Source: Bdellovibrionia bacterium (GTDB lineage Bacteria > Bdellovibrionota > UBA1018). Taken from it: a DNA stretch of 28,462 nt. The notes under the pieces are model-generated. The model was not told the origin of the DNA, ran no database searches, and saw only the letters and a list, made by a program, of their open reading frames with translations. Every line of letters starts with the position of its first letter. Position 1 is the stretch's first letter. The stretch lies in the NCBI GenBank assembly GCA_045805065.1, contig JBJMMA010000051.1, positions 1-28,462 of the forward strand, given 5' to 3'. Positions 1 through 8,641 of the stretch are shown here, piece after piece. Both the position numbers and the translations under genes were made by a program.

Positions 1-101
1 AATTGTTAGAGCGCAGTGGATTCACAAAGACCGGTGAAGCCGAAGAGCGTCTCAAGGATGGGACAATGGAGCAGCAGTTCGTTTATGAGCTATCGTTGTA
101 A
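1..101 (+). CDS. 3' end of a probable GNAT (RimJ/RimL-like) acetyltransferase, partial
   Basis: Frame from nt 3 reads LLERSGFTKTGEAEERLKDGTMEQQFVYELSL*, with TAA at 99-101. LLE..GF...G is the typical C-terminal GNAT motif. Confidence 0.55.
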   Translation, partial: LLERSGFTKTGEAEERLKDGTMEQQFVYELSL

Positions 102-129
102 AAAATAGCCCGTTTAGCCTTCAATACAG

Positions 130-167
130 AAAGGCCGAGAAGCTCCAGTGGAGCTTCCGGCACCTTT
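130..167. terminator. Hairpin between convergent genes, probable intrinsic terminator
   Basis: GAAGCTCC-agt-GGAGCTTC (139-157), extended by GCCG/CGGC and AAAGG/CCTTT. Confidence 0.5.
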
Positions 168-1912
168 TATTTCAGGCTTTCGAGATACTCTTCGAGAGCG
201 CTGCGATCATCGTCGCTTAGCTTTTCTCTGCCGAGAGGCATGCGCTTCTCGATCGGAAATTGAGGTGAGATCCGCTCGCGAATTCGATCGATCAAAGGCT
301 TTCCGGAATCATTTTTCACCCAGAGCGCCTGACGAAGTTTGCTTGGGTCAGAATACGGAATGGGTGGTCCAATCTTGAATGGCCCCGAAGGATCGTGGCA
401 CGAAATACATCCCGCTTTGTTCAGGATGGCTGTGCCTCTCTCTGCAATATGATTTTGGAGTGTGGACTGCAGGGTTTTAACTTCAGCGCGGGTTTGTGGA
501 GCCAGCGGAGCATGGGAGGTAGTTGAGTCACAGTCGCTAGCCGAAGCGAGAGCACTAGCGACTGCTGACATCTCTTGAACCGCGAGTTTTAAAAGTGGTT
601 TGCAAATATCTTTCCGTTTTTCATCGCCTACCTCAAGATGGAATGCGTAGACGATTCCCGTCTTCTCAAGGTAGTTCGCCAATTCCGGCACATTGAAGAA
701 GTTTTTGAAAGGTACAGTGTTGTCTGGGCCTACAACATCAAGTCGAGCGACTTTAAACGCGACATCGTCCCGAGCTTTGATCAGCTCTTGCTGCACTTGT
801 CCTGAAGGCTTCAGCTCAAGTGCCTTGGCTACGAGTTGCTGAAAAAACAGATCCTTGGTCGTTTGGAATATCCCCGATTCATTGACAATATGTTCCGTAT
901 TATTCGGGATTTCGAGTGTCAGATCGTCTTTTCTCAGGCCCAATGCAGTGCGAATCTCGCTTGGAAAGAATGCAGCGGCTCTCTCCTTGTCACCAGGAAT
1001 GGGATGAAAAAATGTCGGCTCCTCACTGTAATTCCCTTCATCATCCGAGTAGTCGGATTTTGCGCGGGATTGATTAGGAGCGCTGCCCTGGGATTTCATT
1101 ACTTTGTAAAAGGCACTGGCCGTGTCGTCGGGAAGAAAGCAGAACTGAGTCGCTGCCACGGTAAACGGGTACCGCTTGAAGAGGGAACTCTCCGCAGCTC
1201 GATCTGCTTGTTGCTTGGCGAGATTGACACTCATGAGTACCGAGAAACGCGAGTTGGGGAGAGCGGATAACTTTGGCTCAGTGTCTTCGCCGACAAAGGG
1301 CGAGTACTCGTTCTTCGGATCCCAGGCGAGATGACCGTAACGAGGGTGAGTGAGCGCGGTTTTTTTGAAGCTCAGAAACGGGTCTCGATCCGGCGAGTCT
1401 TTCTTCATTTCGGAGACCGCTGGACCGTAGGCACCCTGCACTGAATTGTAGCTGCCCCAAAGTGGCTTGATCGGGTCGCCGTGACATTGCTGGCATTTCT
1501 TCGCATCGTTCGAATCTGAAAAATGAGGACGAGCTCCATTGCCAGCAAATTGGATTTCATGGACGACGAAGTGAGGATGGGACGAAGACTCATCGAGCTC
1601 CAGGATCTCAATGTTTTTTCCGCCCCTCATGGAATCGTTTCCAGTGAAGCTGAGAACTAGTTTCCCGGTATTGCCAAAGAGAATCGCCCGCGGGTTTTCT
1701 GGCGTCGCCGCTTGGACGCTTCCGCTGTGGCGCATGAGAACGAAGTTGTCTCGAAGCTCTTTAGGCAAAGCGGGAAGGAGAGCTTCAATGGAGCGGATGT
1801 CTTTTGACTCAATCAGTTTTTGAAGCTCCGCCATTCCAAAGGGAGTCGTGTCAGCAGCTAATGCTGCGGTCGCAAACAGCCCTAAGTAGGGTAGTAGTGG
1901 GCGAAGCTTCAT
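167..1912 (-). CDS. Exported di-heme c-type cytochrome domain protein (581 aa)
   Basis: Sec signal (MKLRPLLPYLGLFATAALA-ADT). Two CxxCH motifs (CQQCH, CISCH). The C-terminal cytochrome c domain has an RMP candidate Met ligand. Confidence 0.75.
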   Translation of the reverse strand: MKLRPLLPYLGLFATAALAADTTPFGMAELQKLIESKDIRSIEALLPALPKELRDNFVLMRHSGSVQAATPENPRAILFGNTGKLVLSFTGNDSMRGGKNIEILELDESSSHPHFVVHEIQFAGNGARPHFSDSNDAKKCQQCHGDPIKPLWGSYNSVQGAYGPAVSEMKKDSPDRDPFLSFKKTALTHPRYGHLAWDPKNEYSPFVGEDTEPKLSALPNSRFSVLMSVNLAKQQADRAAESSLFKRYPFTVAATQFCFLPDDTASAFYKVMKSQGSAPNQSRAKSDYSDDEGNYSEEPTFFHPIPGDKERAAAFFPSEIRTALGLRKDDLTLEIPNNTEHIVNESGIFQTTKDLFFQQLVAKALELKPSGQVQQELIKARDDVAFKVARLDVVGPDNTVPFKNFFNVPELANYLEKTGIVYAFHLEVGDEKRKDICKPLLKLAVQEMSAVASALASASDCDSTTSHAPLAPQTRAEVKTLQSTLQNHIAERGTAILNKAGCISCHDPSGPFKIGPPIPYSDPSKLRQALWVKNDSGKPLIDRIRERISPQFPIEKRMPLGREKLSDDDRSALEEYLESLK

Positions 1913-1915
1913 ATT

Positions 1916-2521
1916 TTACGAGTCGCGGGAGCGCATCAGGGCAGGAATGCCGGTTTCGCGCCAGCGAGTCATGTTCTCCGGGATATGCCTTACCAAGAGG
2001 TCAGCGAGATAGGCTGAGTCGTTCTCGTGATAAGCGTCGATCGTGTCTTGCATGAGCGAGAGGAGATCGACCTGAAGAACGTGCAAGCCTTCGATATGGC
2101 CTGGCTTGATCACTTGCTTGGAGCTTTCGACGGCGTCACTGAAGGTTTGCATTCCGTCAAAGAACTTAGCGAGTTCAAATGAAGGGTGTTCGCCCTTTTT
2201 GAAGAGCTCGCCGGCTTCGATCGCAAGACGTGCTAAGTGATCCGTGAAAACCATCAGACTATCCAAGGTATCTTCAGCAAGCTCTCTTGGATGAGTGGTC
2301 GTGATTTCGATCTTTTGAAGATCAGTAAGAGGGAGAAGAGCGTAGGCCGCTTCTTCGCGCTCTGAGATCTCCTGATCGTCAATTCGGATCGCTGAGATGC
2401 AGCATGACTCCGAGCTGTACTGGTTACGGAGGACTTCGAGCAGATCGCCTAGCGACCTCTCAGCGTCGATGGGTGTTTCTTTCTGGATGCCGTTTACACT
2501 GAGTAGAAGTTCAGCTTTCAT
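1916..2521 (-). CDS. Hypothetical protein (201 aa) in the flagellar-associated operon
   Basis: Clean ORF with GAAAGGAAA RBS, tightly packed with its neighbours. Small N-terminal alpha/beta part plus helical C-terminus. Confidence 0.7.
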   Translation of the reverse strand: MKAELLLSVNGIQKETPIDAERSLGDLLEVLRNQYSSESCCISAIRIDDQEISEREEAAYALLPLTDLQKIEITTTHPRELAEDTLDSLMVFTDHLARLAIEAGELFKKGEHPSFELAKFFDGMQTFSDAVESSKQVIKPGHIEGLHVLQVDLLSLMQDTIDAYHENDSAYLADLLVRHIPENMTRWRETGIPALMRSRDS

Positions 2522-2554
2522 GATCGATTTCCTTTCAACACCTGAGCTTGCCTA

Positions 2555-4402
2555 TTAATTCAGTGGCGGAACTGGAGGTGAGACTAAAGCCAATGGCTCG
2601 GAACGAAGGGCTACTGGACGTGCCAGGTTGATGGTGAACTTGATCCATTCACGAAGGATCCCGACACCCTCAAGCAGTTGGCGGTAACATTCAGCCGTCT
2701 CGCGACCGAGGTCGGAGATCTGCTCGCCCATCAGGTTGTGCATCAGCACTTTGGACATTTGGGAGAACGCGGCCAGTGAAGGCTGCGTTTGACCCAGTCT
2801 TTCAATCAGCGAATCCAGCTCCTGAAGCTTTTGCGACATCTCCTGGATCTGCTCACGATCACGGATACGCATGATCTTCTGCGATTTGAGCTTGGATGAA
2901 TGGCGATTGAGATGAATTGCCGTACGAGTCGCCTCATCACAGATCTTGGAGAGAACTTCGGCTGCTTCTTGAAGCTGTCTCAGGCTTTGAATGAGCTGAG
3001 GCGTGATCGCATTGCGAGTCAATTCCTGGCCCAGAGGAGGGACCCAGCCGCAATACCAGGCGCGAGCAATATGCCCCATGACCATGGAAGTCCAGTCATT
3101 GAGCTTGAGTGCATGCGGGCTGATAGCTTCATACACAACGCCACCGCCATCGCTTCCGCCACGGATGCGAGAGCGGAAAGCGCGGACATCGCGTGAGCGA
3201 GCCCCAAGTCCCTGCTTTTGCATATGTTGCTCGAACGTGAGCTGGCGACGAAAAACGGAGTCCTGAATCGCATAGCTCCAGGTTGCGTACACCAAGTCTG
3301 GCGTCAGCTGAGACTTGCACACATGCTTTGCCGCGGAGTTCGGAACTTCGCAGGCTTCACATGGCAGATTTGAGGCTACGACGTAGTGACCGTTTCCGTA
3401 AGGACCGGTCTCGTTCCAGCGAACGCCACCGAAAGAGAGATTCAATACGCGAGTGCCCAAAACGCTCGCCAGGTGAACTGCGGCAGTGTCTGCTGCAATC
3501 AACCATTGTGAGCGGCTTACGGCCGAAGCCCAGAGATCAAAGTCACTGCGACCTACGAGTGACAGAATCGATCCTGCGTGAGCTCCCTGGCGTTGCAGAG
3601 TGAGGATCAGGCGGTTCGCGCGCTCCTGATCTTCTGTCCCGCCCAGGAGAAAGACTCCGTATTCAGGATGATTTTTAATGATGTTTGAAATGAGGTAAGC
3701 CCAGTTTTCAGGCTCCCAGGTCTTTTCTTCTTTTCCCGCGCCCAGCTGGATCGCGATCCATTTCTTGGAGCGATCGCGCCAGCGATTTCCAAGATCCTGA
3801 TCGACTTTCACAGAGGCGGAGAGATTAAAGAAACTCTTCGAAGTCACGGGAGCATCGCCGTTATCTGCTGGCTCGCCCGCGTGGATCTGAAGAGCGGTCA
3901 AAAGCTGGGTCGTCAAAACGTCCGTCAGATGAATGTTTTGATGAATCCCGCCCTGAACCACAGCTTGAATGTAGTGACTCCAACCGTCCCGGTTGGAAAG
4001 ACCCACGTCAGTGCCCCGGGTGTAACCGAGCTTCACGCGAGCCGGGATCAGTCCTGTCAGATAGCTGCTTGCTTCAGAGTAAGACCAGTTCAGAACGAGA
4101 TCCCAGGGTTCCTGAACCAGGGGACGAACCCATCCTGCGATCTTTTGAAGCGCTTCTTTCTCGGATCCATTTCCATTCAGGACGGGCGTGAGAATCTCGT
4201 CTGAAGGGAAGGTCACGACGCTTTTCAGCCAAGGAACGCGTTTTGCGGCCTCGGCGAAACGCTCGCGAACCACAAAGTGGATCTCAAGCTGCGGATAAAG
4301 CTGCTGAGCCGCCCGCAGAGCCATCAGGCTTTGCAGCGTATCACCAAGCCGGGTGAGCTGAATGATTAAACAACGAATCGGCTTGGCAGGTGTTTTGTTC
4401 AC
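2555..4402 (-). CDS. Glycosyltransferase family 9 (heptosyltransferase-like) protein with C-terminal helical extension (615 aa)
   Basis: LIIQLTRLGD N-terminal motif, IQLGAG..K.W, and DTAAVHLASVLG...L.FG...ETGPYG are GT9 signatures. AAGGAG RBS before the GTG start. Confidence 0.85.
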   Translation of the reverse strand: MNKTPAKPIRCLIIQLTRLGDTLQSLMALRAAQQLYPQLEIHFVVRERFAEAAKRVPWLKSVVTFPSDEILTPVLNGNGSEKEALQKIAGWVRPLVQEPWDLVLNWSYSEASSYLTGLIPARVKLGYTRGTDVGLSNRDGWSHYIQAVVQGGIHQNIHLTDVLTTQLLTALQIHAGEPADNGDAPVTSKSFFNLSASVKVDQDLGNRWRDRSKKWIAIQLGAGKEEKTWEPENWAYLISNIIKNHPEYGVFLLGGTEDQERANRLILTLQRQGAHAGSILSLVGRSDFDLWASAVSRSQWLIAADTAAVHLASVLGTRVLNLSFGGVRWNETGPYGNGHYVVASNLPCEACEVPNSAAKHVCKSQLTPDLVYATWSYAIQDSVFRRQLTFEQHMQKQGLGARSRDVRAFRSRIRGGSDGGGVVYEAISPHALKLNDWTSMVMGHIARAWYCGWVPPLGQELTRNAITPQLIQSLRQLQEAAEVLSKICDEATRTAIHLNRHSSKLKSQKIMRIRDREQIQEMSQKLQELDSLIERLGQTQPSLAAFSQMSKVLMHNLMGEQISDLGRETAECYRQLLEGVGILREWIKFTINLARPVALRSEPLALVSPPVPPLN

Positions 4403-4626
4403 ACGGACTCCTTAACTAATGGAGAACGAAGTTGCAGAAAGGATGGGATTTCGTTTCCAGTCGCGGGAAGGGGAATAGGCGCTGGAGCTGGCTTTTGCTC
4501 GTCGAGAAGGGCGCGCAAGAAGCCCACGACCAGTCTTTCCACAGCGCCGTCGGCATCGTCCTGAAGCGCAGGCACGCGTGGATTTTCTTCGATCACTCCC
4601 TGAAGTCTGTTCATATCTGTAGCCAT
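4399..4626 (-). CDS. Small hypothetical protein (75 aa, MATDMNRLQG...)
   Basis: AGGAGG RBS (4631-4636) just before ATG at 4626. Stop overlaps the next start (GTGA), implying translational coupling. Preferred over the 4665 start in the ORF track. Confidence 0.65.
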   Translation of the reverse strand: MATDMNRLQGVIEENPRVPALQDDADGAVERLVVGFLRALLDEQKPAPAPIPLPATGNEIPSFLQLRSPLVKESV

Positions 4627-4661
4627 CGATCCTCCTGATTTCTGGCTGTTGCGGCATCTCT

Positions 4662-5972
4662 TCATGCTGGGTCCTGATGGAATCCTTCCTCAAGTCTTCG
4701 CAGAAGTTCCCGAGCGCCGTTGTGCTCGGGATTGAGCTGTTGAATGCGGAGGCAGGTCTGGCGCGCGTCCGATGCACGTCCAAGATGAAACTGCAGTCCC
4801 GCAAGGCTGTAGAGCAGGTGAATATTGATCGGGGCGACCTGGATGTAATCTTCCAGGAGCTTGGCCGCGACTCCGTAGTTCTTGATCTCATAGGCGCACT
4901 TCACAAGATGGAAGATCGCGGTTGGATTCTTGATCTCGATCTGAAGAGCGCGTGCAAACCACGCGTGAGCGGCAAACTTGTTCCCTTCGGCAAGGGCACA
5001 GGAGCCCAGCCCGCAAAGTGCCTGATGACTCTTTGGATTTGAAGCCAGGGCATCGTTGAAGTGGCGCTCTGCTTCTGGAATGCGATTGTCCTGAAGATAG
5101 AGAGCGCCTAAATTCGTGCAAATCTCATCCGCATGAGGCTGTACTTCAAGCGCTTTGCGATAATGGCGCTCGGCTTCTTTGAGATTACCCAGGCGTCCCC
5201 AGCAGTTTCCTGCCGTTTTATGGAACTCATAACGAGTTGCCGTATCGAGCTGGCGATGATGAAGCGCACGCTCGATGACTTCTGCAGCCTGTTGATCTTT
5301 CTTCTGACGAATCAAAAGAGAGGTGAGGGCTTTATAAGCATCCGGCGTTGGATGATAAGCAATGGATTCTTCGAAATTGATCCGCGCTTCTTCGAGCTTT
5401 CCTTCAGCTTCATAGCAGCGGGCGAGACCGAAGAGAGCCACAGAGGTTTTGTCTCCTGAGGATCCGATGGCCTTGTAAATATTACGAGCCAGCGCGTAAT
5501 CGCCCGAAGAGTAAAGGACGTCGGCGGATTGAAGAAGAAAAGGGAGATTGAGCTTTCCATCCGAAAGATAAATCCCATCAGCCACTGCCGGAGCCTTTTG
5601 CGCAGGCTGGGCTTTAGTGATGACCGGCTCATCGAATGTCGTAGCGCTGGCGGGCTGAACTTGGATGGAAGGTTCAAAGCCGGCATCAGCAAAAAAATCA
5701 GCAGCGGTTTCTTTCTTTGAGGCAGGGCGACTTGTGCGAGGTTTGACCTGAACAAAATACCCCATGACCGGGTTGCCGGCCGAATCGTCCAGAGCGTCGG
5801 TGTTTGGGTCGAAGTCGTTGAGAGCTTCTTCCAGAGTGCGCAGACGGACCATGCGATCGCCATGCATCGGAATCGGCACGACATCGACGATATCAAAGTC
5901 ATCATCAGCAACAGTGTCTGTTTTGTTGATAAGGGTCTTCTTCAGAAAGTCTGTTGGATTGGAATTCTTCAT
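4662..5972 (-). CDS. Tetratricopeptide repeat protein (436 aa)
   Basis: Multiple TPR-like repeats (ALFGLARCYEAEGKLEEA, NLGALYLQDNRIPEAERHFNDAL) after an acidic, low-complexity N-terminus. Confidence 0.85.
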   Translation of the reverse strand: MKNSNPTDFLKKTLINKTDTVADDDFDIVDVVPIPMHGDRMVRLRTLEEALNDFDPNTDALDDSAGNPVMGYFVQVKPRTSRPASKKETAADFFADAGFEPSIQVQPASATTFDEPVITKAQPAQKAPAVADGIYLSDGKLNLPFLLQSADVLYSSGDYALARNIYKAIGSSGDKTSVALFGLARCYEAEGKLEEARINFEESIAYHPTPDAYKALTSLLIRQKKDQQAAEVIERALHHRQLDTATRYEFHKTAGNCWGRLGNLKEAERHYRKALEVQPHADEICTNLGALYLQDNRIPEAERHFNDALASNPKSHQALCGLGSCALAEGNKFAAHAWFARALQIEIKNPTAIFHLVKCAYEIKNYGVAAKLLEDYIQVAPINIHLLYSLAGLQFHLGRASDARQTCLRIQQLNPEHNGARELLRRLEEGFHQDPA

Positions 5973-6421
5973 AAAGTCGTATCGAATCCTTCTCCGGGTT
6001 CACTCACCCAAGTGCTTTTGAACTTGCCAGCCAGTTCGTGGCTCTTGCGAGAGGCGATCAAATCCTCCTGGAGCTTTCTCTTGCGATCTTCGATGCGCTG
6101 AGTGAGCTCGTTATCCTTGAGGATGATCGATTGGATCAGACGATCTTTTTCGTTCAAGACCGCCTGTACGTTGGAAATCAGCTCAGGCGTCCGTCCCGAA
6201 AGTGGGAGAGCGCGGATGACTTCGGTGACTTTGCGATCATAGAGATCGAGGACTTTAAGAATCGCGTCGCGCTCGCGGATGAAAGAGTCGAGCTCGGCGT
6301 GAAAGTTCTCAGGAGATTGCTCCGAGCTTTCCTTCGCGAGGAAAACGTTCGATAGCTCGAGAAGTTTCTCGAGGCATCGATTCTTGCTTTGGAGCACTTT
6401 GATCACGTCCATGTGAGACAT
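5969..6421 (-). CDS. Helical flagellar chaperone-like protein (FlgN/FliT-like, 150 aa)
   Basis: All-helical coiled-coil sequence, coupled directly downstream of fliS (TAATG overlap) at the usual fliT position. Confidence 0.55.
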   Translation of the reverse strand: MSHMDVIKVLQSKNRCLEKLLELSNVFLAKESSEQSPENFHAELDSFIRERDAILKVLDLYDRKVTEVIRALPLSGRTPELISNVQAVLNEKDRLIQSIILKDNELTQRIEDRKRKLQEDLIASRKSHELAGKFKSTWVSEPGEGFDTTL

Positions 6422-6813
6422 TATCCTTTAGAGTGACTCGACTGATTCACCTGTTTGACCGCTTCCTTCCATCCTGAAAGGAGCGTCTCCATCAGCTTCT
6501 GCACGGTCTCGAGATGTTGCTTGTTATTCTCAAGGTTGGCCTTCACCAACGTCTCCGTCATAAAATTATAGAGCCGTTCTAAGTTCTGAGCAATATCGCC
6601 GCCCACTTCAAAATCTAAAGTGTTGGCGAGCTCGTTGATAATGTCATGAGCCTTGCCAATCGCCATTCCTTTGGCGGGAATATCCTTGCGATCGATCGCG
6701 TCCGCCGCTTTTTTGACGTTCGTGATCGCAGCCTCGTACAGCATAATGAGGATTTGGCCGCGGTTAGCGGTTTTGACTGCCATTTGCTTGTATTGATTTG
6801 CGCCGTAGTTCAT
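6421..6813 (-). CDS. fliS: Flagellar export chaperone FliS
   Basis: YKQMAVKTA...LIMLYEAAI...KAHDIINELANTLDFEVGGDIAQNLERLYNFM...GWKEA is the classic FliS pattern. Follows fliD. Confidence 0.95.
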   Translation of the reverse strand: MNYGANQYKQMAVKTANRGQILIMLYEAAITNVKKAADAIDRKDIPAKGMAIGKAHDIINELANTLDFEVGGDIAQNLERLYNFMTETLVKANLENNKQHLETVQKLMETLLSGWKEAVKQVNQSSHSKG

Positions 6814-6841
6814 GACTTAAGGTCCCTTGCTGGTTAGTCTG

Positions 6842-8248
6842 TTATCCGCCTAATAACGATTGAACGAGATTACCGCCACCGCCCCCACCCGGGAGGGTTG
6901 CGCTCAAGTATTGTTGCTGTCTTTGCATGGCACCCAGCGAAGCCTCAAGACGTGAGAACTGCTCGGTCAGCGATTGCTGACGACGCTCCAGGTTTCGCTG
7001 TTTCATATCGATCTGGTCATCAATGCCCTTGATGCGAGACTTGAGAGAGTTCTCGCGTTGAGCAAGCATTCCGTTCCCGCTTTGCGTGTAGCCGGCGAGA
7101 AGGGATTTCATCTGATAGCCCAGGCCGAAAGAACCTGTGAAAATCTCGGAAAGGCCTTCAAAGTCCTTTTCCATGAACTTCTGGAACTTATCTTCCTTGA
7201 AGGTGAGGGCGCCTGATTTGTCGAACTCAATGCCAAGGTCGTGCATGAAGTAGATCTTGAAGTTCTCGTCGTCTGGCTTACCAACGGCGAAGCCTTCATG
7301 CATCAAGTTGCGAAGACGATATTCGATCGTCTGAAGCCCGCTATCACCTGCGAAAGTGGTGCTGGTATCCGAGTCCTTATCGATCTTGTTCTGATCGTTG
7401 ATGAACTTCAAAATCACGTTCACCTGTTCGACGAAGTTCTTCACCTTGCCGGAGATCTTTTGGAAGTCCTCGGTGATCGTCATGGTGAAGGGCTGATCAG
7501 GCTTGGCTTGCTTGAGATGCAGGTTCACGCCGGGCAGAAAGTCCTGAATGTCGTTGCTGTCCTGCTCGATCGGAAATCCATCCACTTTCAATGAAGCGTT
7601 TTTCGCGTCACGCGTGTCGTCCAGGAAGAAATCTTCTTCCCCATCCAGAAAGTAAAAGTCAGGGAACTTGACGTTATTAGCCTGGCCTTCCTTTTTGGCA
7701 GTCATGATGAGTTTCCAGGGCTTGTCTTCGTTGGAGGCGTCCTTTACCACGGCCGCGCGAACAGGGAAGTCCGCTTGCTCATTGATGATGCGCGCGATGC
7801 CACGAAGGCTGGATGCATCTTCCTCGACGTATACTTCTTTTGTATCGCCATCCGGCATGTCGAGAGTGATGAAACCCATTCCCATGATGGGCTTGTCTGG
7901 ATTTTCAAATGCGTTGGAAATGACCGAAGTCCGGGCAGCAAGTTCATTGACGCTGATTTCGTAGGTACCTGGGCTTGCGCGGTCTTTATCGACCGTAACG
8001 TCCACTTGCGGAGCCCCGTCACCGAGATTGACTTTAAGTTCACGCAAGCGCTTGAAAGCGGAGATCTCATCGACGGCTTTTTCAAGGCCACCGAACTTGG
8101 AGCGGAATTCATTGAAGAGTTTTAGGCGCGTGTTCTCCTTGCCCTTGCGAGCTTCGAGCTTTTTGATTGGCTCGCCTTCGGCCTCGACGATTGTCTTGAC
8201 CGCCTGTTTGAACATGCCCCCGCCAACGGGGTCAAAACGCAGACCCAA
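6842..8248 (-). CDS. fliD: Flagellar filament capping protein FliD (468 aa)
   Basis: FliD N-terminus (IVEAEGEPIKKLE, PGTYEISVNELA), NASLKVDG..I...SN.I.D.LPGV.L.L, and C-terminal LTEQFSRLEASLGAMQRQQQYL. AGGAGG RBS, TTG start. Confidence 0.92.
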   Translation of the reverse strand: MGLRFDPVGGGMFKQAVKTIVEAEGEPIKKLEARKGKENTRLKLFNEFRSKFGGLEKAVDEISAFKRLRELKVNLGDGAPQVDVTVDKDRASPGTYEISVNELAARTSVISNAFENPDKPIMGMGFITLDMPDGDTKEVYVEEDASSLRGIARIINEQADFPVRAAVVKDASNEDKPWKLIMTAKKEGQANNVKFPDFYFLDGEEDFFLDDTRDAKNASLKVDGFPIEQDSNDIQDFLPGVNLHLKQAKPDQPFTMTITEDFQKISGKVKNFVEQVNVILKFINDQNKIDKDSDTSTTFAGDSGLQTIEYRLRNLMHEGFAVGKPDDENFKIYFMHDLGIEFDKSGALTFKEDKFQKFMEKDFEGLSEIFTGSFGLGYQMKSLLAGYTQSGNGMLAQRENSLKSRIKGIDDQIDMKQRNLERRQQSLTEQFSRLEASLGAMQRQQQYLSATLPGGGGGGNLVQSLLGG

Positions 8249-8360
8249 GCTTCAATCCTCCTGATACTTCTCCTGAACTTCCTGCTCAGGGTGGACACCG
8301 GTCCTTTCACTAGTATGATGGTGGCGCCGGGACTTGCCAATCGGCAGTACTTGCCTAACC

Positions 8361-8504
8361 AATCACAGTCATTGAAATGAAATTGAACAGGGCATGTTAA
8401 AAGCCGAGTCGTTCCCAGGCAGGATGCCGAATGGGAATGCGACAGGAAGTCGCAACGAGGTCTTTTAACATGCCCTGTTCAATTTCATTTCAATGAATGT
8501 GATT
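8361..8504 (+). repeat. Palindromic repeat element, copy 1
   Basis: 43-bp inverted arms (8361-8403 and 8462-8504, 1 mismatch) around core 8404-8460, CCGAGTCGTTCCCAGGCAGGATGCCGAATGGGAATGCGACAGGAAGTCGCAACGAGG. Confidence 0.92.
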
Positions 8505-8563
8505 TGCTCAACAGTCTTAAGACGGTTTTCAGTTTCGCCGGGTTTTTGACGGTTTCTTTGGCT

Positions 8564-8593
8564 TTGACGGCGGGCGATGGAGGATTCCATAAT
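8564..8593 (+). promoter_or_regulatory. Putative sigma70 promoter for the 8642 gene
   Basis: TTGACG-N18-CATAAT about 50 nt upstream of the start. Confidence 0.45.
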
Positions 8594-8641
8594 CTAAGGA
8601 ATATTGGTGTGCGCTCCACAACCTATCTTTAGGGAAGTCGA

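Noticed and set aside
4627..4665. Longer start for the small ORF (88 aa)
   Set aside because: A strong AGGAGG precedes ATG 4626, making it the better start.
8325..8360. sigma28/sigma54 promoter for fliD (GCCGATTG; ACTTGCC repeated twice)
   Set aside because: No matching -35 TAAA and the GG-N10-GC spacing is not met. Too weak to call.
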